Part shown: positions 33,848-39,988 of the stretch, one piece after another
Numbering within the stretch: position 1 is the stretch's first letter
How the letters are laid out: each line of letters opens with the position of its first letter
Source: a virus
Lineage: Duplodnaviria; Caudoviricetes
Virus record (IMG/VR): IMGVR_UViG_3300017658_000008
Span: 1 to 39,988 of that record
DNA: 39,988 nt
Direction: 5' to 3' (one strand)
Made by a program: the position numbers and the translations under genes
Notes under the pieces: generated by a model
Databases searched by the model: none
Told to the model about the DNA's origin: nothing
What the model saw: the letters and a program-made list of their open reading frames with translations, nothing else

Positions 33848-36060
33848 TGCCGCGCTTTGAGATCACCAGCCCCGACGGGCGCCGCTTCGAGGTCAACGGA
33901 CCCGAAGGCTCGACCCAGAACGACGCCATTCGCTTTATCCAGGGGCAGTTGAGCGCCAAGCACCCCGACGAGCCCGAGCGGGACATTGATTACGATACCC
34001 CGGTTCCCGACGTCCGCGCCGCCATCGACAAGCTACCCGAGACGCGCAAGGACCGGGCGCTCAACATCTGGGCCGACAAGCGCATCGCCAAGGAGCGGCA
34101 GCAGCAGGGGGCGTTGGCGCCCCTTCCGAATACCGCCGAGGGCATACCGTTCATCGGCAACCTGCTGGATGAGGGCACGGCGCTGGTCAAAAGCGGCCTG
34201 CACACGGTCATTCCCCAGATCGGCGCGCCCTACTCCGAAGAACTGGCGTTGCAGCGCGCGCGCTCGCGCCAGGCAGACGCGGCCAGCCCTGCACTTGCGG
34301 CCGGTTCGAAGCTTGCTGCCGGTATTGCGACAGGTGGTCCCCTGTTCGGCCGTATCGCCCCGGCGGCAACGTTGGCAGGGCGCGTCGGTCAGGGTGTGGG
34401 CATCGGCGCCGGCGTCGGCGCCGTGGAAGGCTTTACCGGCGGTGAAGGCGGCTTGGGAGAGCGCGCCGACAATGCGACGCTGGGTGCTCTGTGGGGAGCT
34501 GGCACGGGCGGCGCCATCCCGATCGCCGGCTCTGCGGTGACGCGCGGGTACGGGATGGCGCGGGACGCCATTGGCCCGACGTTCACGCGCCTTCGCTATG
34601 GTCCCGAGGAAGCCGCCGACCAGATCCTCGCCCAGCGGATCGCTCGCGAAGGCTCCTCGCCGGCGCTGAAGCGCCTCGACCTGCAGCGCGGGCAAGCGGT
34701 GGCGGCGCGCATGGACAGCAATTCCCGCGCAACGCTGCCGGAGACCATCGCCGACACGTCCGACGACATGCGCCGGCTGACGGGCAGCCTCTATCGCCAG
34801 GGCGGGGAGGCGGGCAATGTCATCGAGGACGAGCTGACGCGCCGGCAGCGGGGGCCGGCCAACATGTTCGCCAATGCTGATCCGGATGGGCCACCGCAGG
34901 GTCAGATGGCGCGCGTCATGGATTCGACCGAGCGCGCGCTGCAGATCCGGTCGGCGGACAGCGCCAGGCGCACCGAGCAGCAGATCATGGCCGAGCAGGC
35001 CGCCGAAGGGCGCCATCTTTATCAGCAGGCGTACGAAGGCTCGGAAGCTTTCGACCTGCAGCCCGCCCTCGATGCCATGGGGCTGACGATCCAGCAGTAT
35101 CCGGCGCCATTCGCTGCCCGCCTCAACCGCGCGCGCAACCTCTTTCTGCGCTCCGGATCGAGCCCCAACAACCCCATGTGGGTCGACAACGTCCGCCGCT
35201 TCGATGCGGCCAAGAAATCCCTCGACGACATGATCGAGACGGCGCAGCGGCAGGGGCAGAACAATCTCGCTCGCGAATTGACCGGTTTCAAGGATGCGCT
35301 GTTGCGCCAGGTGCACGGCATCGACGAGGCCGGCAATCCGACCCGCAACCTCGCCTATCAGGAGGCCCGGCAAACGTGGGGCTCGGCGGCGGAAAACCGC
35401 GAGGCGATCGAGATGGGCCGATCCGCGCTGCGGGAGGGATCGGAGGTGTCGGTCGAGCACTTCCGCGATCTGTCGCGTGGCCAGCAGCGCCTTTTCCGGC
35501 TAGGATTCCTCGAAAGTCTCCGCAATGCCTTGGGCACCAAGCGTCCGGGCAACGACGTGACGCAGCTTTTCCAGCAGCAGAGGGTTCGCGACCTGATGGG
35601 GGAGATCGTTCCGCGACCGGCAGGACGGAACGCGGTGTTCCGCAATCGCCCCGAGCGCTATGGCGACCTCATGCGCCGCGAAGGGCGCATGGTGCAGACA
35701 AATGCCGAGGTGCTCGGCAACTCCAAGACGGCCCAGCGGGGCCAGGACGACCTCAACTACACCGGCAACGCGCTGTCGACGATGTGGAACCGCTTCCGTT
35801 CCAGCCCCAGCCTGTTCAACGTCGGTGTCGAAGCCATCGGCGCCGGCATCCAGCGTATATTTGCCTATAAGCAGGACGTGGCGCTGGCCCTGGCACGGCG
35901 GCTGCTCGAGGCAAATCCGGAAGCGCGCAATCAGATCCTACGCCGCCTGTCGCGGCGCGGCGGGCCGGACAGGTTTTCGCGCTTCGCCGATGAAGTGGAC
36001 AGGGCCGGCAATGCTCTTATCGGCGCCACGCCGGGACTGCTGACCGATCAGCGAGAGTAG
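33847..36060 (+). CDS. Large DNA ejection protein (gp16-like)
   Basis: MPRFEITSPDGRRFEVNGPEG start; Gly-rich hydrophobic segment; GNSKTA.R near the C-terminus. Confidence 0.8.
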   Translation: MPRFEITSPDGRRFEVNGPEGSTQNDAIRFIQGQLSAKHPDEPERDIDYDTPVPDVRAAIDKLPETRKDRALNIWADKRIAKERQQQGALAPLPNTAEGIPFIGNLLDEGTALVKSGLHTVIPQIGAPYSEELALQRARSRQADAASPALAAGSKLAAGIATGGPLFGRIAPAATLAGRVGQGVGIGAGVGAVEGFTGGEGGLGERADNATLGALWGAGTGGAIPIAGSAVTRGYGMARDAIGPTFTRLRYGPEEAADQILAQRIAREGSSPALKRLDLQRGQAVAARMDSNSRATLPETIADTSDDMRRLTGSLYRQGGEAGNVIEDELTRRQRGPANMFANADPDGPPQGQMARVMDSTERALQIRSADSARRTEQQIMAEQAAEGRHLYQQAYEGSEAFDLQPALDAMGLTIQQYPAPFAARLNRARNLFLRSGSSPNNPMWVDNVRRFDAAKKSLDDMIETAQRQGQNNLARELTGFKDALLRQVHGIDEAGNPTRNLAYQEARQTWGSAAENREAIEMGRSALREGSEVSVEHFRDLSRGQQRLFRLGFLESLRNALGTKRPGNDVTQLFQQQRVRDLMGEIVPRPAGRNAVFRNRPERYGDLMRREGRMVQTNAEVLGNSKTAQRGQDDLNYTGNALSTMWNRFRSSPSLFNVGVEAIGAGIQRIFAYKQDVALALARRLLEANPEARNQILRRLSRRGGPDRFSRFADEVDRAGNALIGATPGLLTDQRE

Positions 36061-36223
36061 GGTGTGGGGCGGGCTGACCGTGTGGTGGTTCACCCCCTGG
36101 ATGGTCACGCCAAAAGGCTACGCCACTCCCGCCCCACCCATTGAATAACGCACCGTTTGACGATTGACCAGCCGGCTCCCCGCCGGCGCGATGTTCTGCG
36201 TCTTTCACGCGGAGACAAATGAC

Positions 36224-37111
36224 GTGGCCGAACTCGCCGACCTGGAACCCATCGATTCCGACAACACCGCCCGCTTCCCGGAAGGGCAGCTCGTGCCCAC
36301 CTTCAACAACGGCGCGCGGGCGCTGGAGGGCATCCTTGCCCGCTGGCTCGCCGATACCAACGGCACCATCGTCTCCACCGGCTCGGCGCCCAGCTACGCC
36401 ATCGCCACCGCCAGCAGCTACGTCTCCCTCGTCGATGGCCTGGTCGTCGTCTGGCGGGCGCACGCAAGCTTCACCACGGGCACGGCGAAGCTCACCGTCA
36501 ATGCCCTGGCGCAGAAGAACCTCGTCCGCCAGGACGGCACGGCGCTGAAGGTTGGCGATATCGTCGAGGATCAGACGGTCGTCTCCCGGTACAATTCCGA
36601 CATGGATGCCTTCGAGTGCCTCGGCATCGCGGCAAAGCCCTCAGACACGGATTTCAGCTCGTTCTTTCCCGGCGCGCTCTTGGCCATCCTGGAGGACCGC
36701 AAGAGCGCCAACACCGACCCGCAGACGGGTCCCGGCAGCTCGTGGGCGGCGCGGCATCTCAATACCGAGGTCTACGACCGGCTGGGCATCGTCTCGATTG
36801 CCTCCAACCAGTTCACCTTCAGCGAGGACGGCGCCTTCGAGATCGGGTGGGAGAGCCCGTTGTGGGGCAGCAGCGGCAAGACGCGGCTCTACGACATCAC
36901 CAACAGCACCGAGGTTGCCCTGGGCACGCAAGGGCGATGGCCCGGGGGCACGGGCAACACGATGTACTACTCCACCGGCCTCGCGCGCGTGAGCGTCACG
37001 GCCGGGCAGACGTTCGAGGTGCAGATGTACGGCAGCGCCGACGGCGGCCAGAGGGCCAACCTCGACGGCAAGCAGGAAATCTACACCCGCGTCATCATCC
37101 GGAGGGGCTAG
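36224..37111 (+). CDS. Tail fibre/spike protein
   Basis: GTG start after GGAG; typical alphaproteobacterial podophage fibre N-terminus (DN...FPEG..P...N..ARAL). Confidence 0.7.
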   Translation: MAELADLEPIDSDNTARFPEGQLVPTFNNGARALEGILARWLADTNGTIVSTGSAPSYAIATASSYVSLVDGLVVVWRAHASFTTGTAKLTVNALAQKNLVRQDGTALKVGDIVEDQTVVSRYNSDMDAFECLGIAAKPSDTDFSSFFPGALLAILEDRKSANTDPQTGPGSSWAARHLNTEVYDRLGIVSIASNQFTFSEDGAFEIGWESPLWGSSGKTRLYDITNSTEVALGTQGRWPGGTGNTMYYSTGLARVSVTAGQTFEVQMYGSADGGQRANLDGKQEIYTRVIIRRG

Positions 37112-37115
37112 GGCC

Positions 37116-37340
37116 ATGCCAGCACAGCCGCACGAGCACGACCCGACCCTCGACGCCCGCACCTGCCGGCGCATCGCCCGCCTGGAAGAAGCGGTGCTGC
37201 GGGGCAATTTCGCCCCCCTGATCAGCGACAGCGTTTCCGTCCAGGACGATCCGCGCATCTCCAATCTGGAGGCACGCCTTGCCGCCCTGGAGGGCATCCT
37301 CACCCGGGTGGCGGAGCATTTCGAAGGGGGGCAGGGATGA
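37116..37340 (+). CDS. Small coiled-coil protein
   Basis: RISNLEARLAALE. Confidence 0.6.
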   Translation: MPAQPHEHDPTLDARTCRRIARLEEAVLRGNFAPLISDSVSVQDDPRISNLEARLAALEGILTRVAEHFEGGQG

Positions 37341-38122
37341 AGATTTCCGAGGCCATGCGCAACCGGGTGAAGGGGTACGAGGGCTACCACCGGGCGCTGA
37401 AGAACGGGGACTGTACCGCCTACCGCTGCCCGGCCGGGGTATGGACCATCGGCTGGGGCTCGACCGAGGGCGTGCGGGAAGGGCTGGTGTGGAGCCGGGA
37501 CGAGGCGGAAGCGGCCTTGACCCGCGAGCTCGCCAAGTTCGAGACGGGCGTTGATCGCCTGGTCACCGTCGACATGAACCAGAACGAGTTCGATGCGCTC
37601 GTTTCCTTCGCCTACAACGTCGGGCTCGGGGCGCTCGGTTCCTCCACCCTCCTGAAGAAATTGAACAAGGGCGACCGCGCCGGCGCGGCGAAGGAGTTCG
37701 CCAAGTGGACGCGGGGCGGGGGAAGGGTGCTGCCCGGGCTCGTCTCGCGGCGGGCATCGGAAGCGGCGCTGTTCGTCAAGCCGGTGGCTGCACCCGATGA
37801 GCCGTTCATGCCGCAGAGCGTGGAAGCCTCTAAGGAGCCCATGAGCGCGCCGACGGCGGCGGTTTCGACGAGCGCCGTGGTGGGGCCGGCTGCCGCCGTG
37901 ACGACCGCCAGCATGCTCCCTGCGCCCCCGGACGCGGTGACCAGCACCGTCTCCAACGTCGACATGTGGCGCACGCTGGGGGAGACGGTTTCGGGCCTTG
38001 CAAATCTTGCCGTTGCCAAGCCGCTGCTCGCCGCCGCGGTGGTCACCGCCATCTTCGGCTTCATCTTCGGGCCGCTGCTCAAGAGCTATCTGCCGAAGAT
38101 CACCTGGGGGGCAAAGTCATGA
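37337..38122 (+). CDS. Endolysin, GH24 lysozyme with C-terminal TM segment
   Basis: YEG...AYRCPAGVWTIGWG, NQNEFDALVSFAYNVG, LPGLVSRRASE. Confidence 0.92.
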   Translation: MKISEAMRNRVKGYEGYHRALKNGDCTAYRCPAGVWTIGWGSTEGVREGLVWSRDEAEAALTRELAKFETGVDRLVTVDMNQNEFDALVSFAYNVGLGALGSSTLLKKLNKGDRAGAAKEFAKWTRGGGRVLPGLVSRRASEAALFVKPVAAPDEPFMPQSVEASKEPMSAPTAAVSTSAVVGPAAAVTTASMLPAPPDAVTSTVSNVDMWRTLGETVSGLANLAVAKPLLAAAVVTAIFGFIFGPLLKSYLPKITWGAKS

Positions 38123-38349
38123 TGCAGTTTTTCATCGGATCGGTCATCGGCCGGGCGCTGCTCGCCGGGGCCGGGGTCCTCACCGCGTGGGTTGCTTTTG
38201 CGTGGCACTACGAGAGCAAGGGCGCCGCGAAGGAGCGCGCCAACATCGAACGCGCCGGAGAGAAAAATGCCGCCAAAGCCGAAGCTGCTCGCCGCTCTGC
38301 TGATCGCCTGCCTGCTGACAGGCTGCGCGACCGCTACTGGCGTGACTGA
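38119..38349 (+). CDS. i-spanin (Rz-like)
   Basis: N-terminal TM plus short coiled coil after the lysin. Confidence 0.7.
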   Translation: MMQFFIGSVIGRALLAGAGVLTAWVAFAWHYESKGAAKERANIERAGEKNAAKAEAARRSADRLPADRLRDRYWRD

Positions 38350-38461
38350 TACGTCCTGCACGTCCTTCAAGCCGATCCGGGGCAGCGTCAAGGATACCCC
38401 GGATACCAAGCGTCAGATCGTCGCTCACAACGGCGTCTACGACGCCATCTGCAAACCCTAG
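38267..38461 (+). CDS. o-spanin (Rz1-like lipoprotein)
   Basis: LLTGC lipobox; overlaps the i-spanin in the +1 frame. Confidence 0.75.
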   Translation: MPPKPKLLAALLIACLLTGCATATGVTDTSCTSFKPIRGSVKDTPDTKRQIVAHNGVYDAICKP

Positions 38462-38472
38462 GAGACATCCCC

Positions 38473-38652
38473 ATGAAGCTCACCCTCACCGCCCTTGCGG
38501 CGGCGCTGGCGCTTGCCGGCTGCTCCCGCTCCCTCGGCATGGAGAAGGAAGTCGATTCCGCCGTGCATGAACTCGATAGAGCCGTGTGGACCGATGGACT
38601 GAAACCTATCGTGGCACCGGAGAAGGATAAGGGACTGCCACCGTTGAAGTAG
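38473..38652 (+). CDS. Small lipoprotein (not in ORF track)
   Basis: AGGAG RBS; MKLTLTALAAALALAGC lipobox; 59 aa. Confidence 0.75.
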   Translation: MKLTLTALAAALALAGCSRSLGMEKEVDSAVHELDRAVWTDGLKPIVAPEKDKGLPPLK

Positions 38653-38678
38653 GGTTGACGGGGCTCGGCTATCGAGCC

Positions 38679-38846
38679 TCACCCCTGCGCTGCGCGCGCT
38701 TCTCTGTATGTGTCGATGAGCGCGATCAGCACGTTGATGTGCACAGGGACTGACATGTAAGCCCCATCTTTGGGCTTACGCTCTTGGCGCCATCGCGCAC
38801 TGTGTTCAAGGTCCTGAAGAATTTGGTCTGGAACGTAGTGTTTCAT
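38679..38846 (-). CDS. Hypothetical protein (not in ORF track)
   Basis: MKHYVPDQILQDLEHSARWRQERKP...; GAGGAAAGGAAG RBS; 55 aa. Confidence 0.6.
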   Translation of the reverse strand: MKHYVPDQILQDLEHSARWRQERKPKDGAYMSVPVHINVLIALIDTYREARAAQG

Positions 38847-38861
38847 CTTCCTTTCCTCACT

Positions 38862-39116
38862 CTATCGAGACTGATGGGTGGGGTGCGCTGGCGTCAATTT
38901 ACGGGCAGCGCGTAGACGACGCGCTAGCAGGTATTTTTCTGCAGCGAGTTCGCGAATGTAGGCATTCAAATCGGCTATGTGGCCCTTGAGGTCATCGATC
39001 ACCGAAGCCTCACTGCAGTGTTTCACCGCGGCATCGCAGGCGGCAGAAAACTCAGGCAGACCGTCTGCTTCGATCTCTATTCGACCGCTGCGTACGTCCA
39101 AAAGCATGCGTGACAT
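38862..39116 (-). CDS. Hypothetical coiled-coil protein
   Basis: GGGAAGGAAG RBS before the ATG at 39116. Confidence 0.6.
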   Translation of the reverse strand: MSRMLLDVRSGRIEIEADGLPEFSAACDAAVKHCSEASVIDDLKGHIADLNAYIRELAAEKYLLARRLRAARKLTPAHPTHQSR

Positions 39117-39125
39117 CTTCCTTCC

Positions 39126-39444
39126 CTTCATTCGCGAAGCGAATAGCCGAAGCCGCCGTTAGGCGGCTTCCTCCTCAACGTCGAGACTTTCGAGCAGACC
39201 GGCAGCGTAACCCTCCGCATCTCGCTGTTCTTTGCGGGACTTCACGGCGTCGCGGATCAGGGCACCATTGTTGGTGCCCGAGTAGTTGCACTGGGCGTCC
39301 GCATATATGGCGTCGATCTGATCCTGAAGGTTCTCAATGCGGGTCACCATATCCGTGGCGATGGCCGTGGTTAGCTTCTTCATGTGCTTGTCTCCTATGG
39401 TTTCAATTCCAAACTACTTCATTCGCGAAGCGAATAGCCGAAGC
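39126..39444. repeat. 28-bp exact direct repeat, two copies (39126-39153, 39417-39444)
   Basis: CTTCATTCGCGAAGCGAATAGCCGAAGC. Confidence 0.9.
39159..39383 (-). CDS. Divergent GapR/DUF2312-like protein
   Basis: AGGAG RBS; RIENL..QIDAIYADAQ.N...LIRDAVKSRK resembles GapR. Confidence 0.5.
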   Translation of the reverse strand: MKKLTTAIATDMVTRIENLQDQIDAIYADAQCNYSGTNNGALIRDAVKSRKEQRDAEGYAAGLLESLDVEEEAA

Positions 39445-39498
39445 GCTCGATAGCGCGAGGCGTCAACATCATCTTACAAGGTCAGAAAGCCATGGCCT

Positions 39499-39765
39499 AT
39501 GCAGGACCACGAAACCCTCAACGGCTCCACAGCGTTGGTCATCCTGAAGCTCGACAGCATCCACAGGGACGTGATCGAGCACAGGCACGATACGCGAACA
39601 GGTATGCAGGCCTTGACCACGCGTTTGGATACGCTCGAAGCGAAAGCTTCCCCGATGGATCGTCTCAAGGATCTATCCGGCTTTCTCACAGCGCTAGCGG
39701 TGGTGGCTCTGGCTCTCGCCGGCAGGTACGACCTCATTGGCTACCTCGTGGGCTCAGGGAGATAG
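39499..39765 (+). CDS. Holin-like membrane protein
   Basis: Coiled coil plus C-terminal TM; last sense gene before att. Confidence 0.5.
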   Translation: MQDHETLNGSTALVILKLDSIHRDVIEHRHDTRTGMQALTTRLDTLEAKASPMDRLKDLSGFLTALAVVALALAGRYDLIGYLVGSGR

Positions 39766-39942
39766 GTTGGGCATTTGCGTTTCCGTTTGGCGTGCTCATC
39801 GGCACGGTCATATGGTTCGTGTAGCGTTTACGAAGTGCGCCTAGGTTCGCCGAACCGTTTTTGCTCCACCCAGACACTGTTAATCCTCTACAAGCGGAGC
39901 AGAGATGGCCCAAGAATATACACGCTGACAGAGGCCACCTCT

Positions 39943-39988
39943 GTTTACACCGAGGATGTCGGGAGTTCGACCCTCTCACCGCCCACCA
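39943..39988 (+). other. Prophage attachment site: duplicated 3' half of tRNA-Val(UAC)
   Basis: GTTTACACCGAGG anticodon loop and 3' stem, GGGAG-TTCGACC-CTCTC T-arm, ACCGCCCACCA acceptor end; no 5' half. Confidence 0.85.

Larger units (their letters stand above)
1..39988. mobile_element. Temperate podovirus-like prophage (left end and integrase outside window)
   Basis: Lambdoid gene order: early genes, repressor, replication, antiterminator, terminase, portal, capsid, short-tail and ejection genes, lysis. No tape measure or sheath gene. Ends in a tRNA 3' fragment. Confidence 0.95.

Noticed and set aside
36224-37111. Diversity-generating retroelement or invertase-driven fibre switching
   Set aside because: No reverse transcriptase, template repeat or invertase seen
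39126-39444. Mini CRISPR array from the 28-bp repeats
   Set aside because: Only two copies, separated by 263 bp that contain a gene; no cas genes
39492-39824. Alternative-frame 110-aa ORF over the holin-like gene
   Set aside because: Less protein-like than the 39499 frame; could be an overlapping gene but unsupported
39915-39988. Complete tRNA-Val gene
   Set aside because: No 5' acceptor strand or D-arm; only the 3' half is present

Overview
The window is most of a temperate, podovirus-like (P22/SU10-type head and ejection module) prophage. The host is probably alphaproteobacterial, judged from high GC, a NusG-type late regulator, and GcrA-like and GapR-like domains. The left end is truncated inside an early gene and no integrase is visible. 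The right end stops exactly at the 3' half of a tRNA-Val(UAC), read here as the att duplication. Layout: (1) leftward early/accessory genes, including a queD + TGT/DpdA-like pair, an Acb2/Tad1-like small protein and a RecT/Bet recombinase; (2) an immunity region with an XRE repressor and 19-bp operators; (3) replication genes with iterons and a NusG-family antiterminator; (4) a glycosyltransferase-like gene plus fibre genes placed before the terminase; (5) terS/terL, portal, scaffold, capsid and tail; (6) ejection proteins interleaved with antisense envelope morons; (7) tail fibre, lysis genes and a repeat-punctuated antisense cassette. The most notable item is a 921-aa ejection-region protein built from an unknown module, a GcrA-like HTH module and an ADP-ribosyltransferase-like module. 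These are separated by a recurring NPKEAAPAG linker that is also repeated at DNA level. Also notable are a shared MP[P/A]LF N-terminus on ejection-region proteins, a minimal deazaguanine module and a possible virion-glycosylation module. All family calls come from motif recognition by eye, not database searches.
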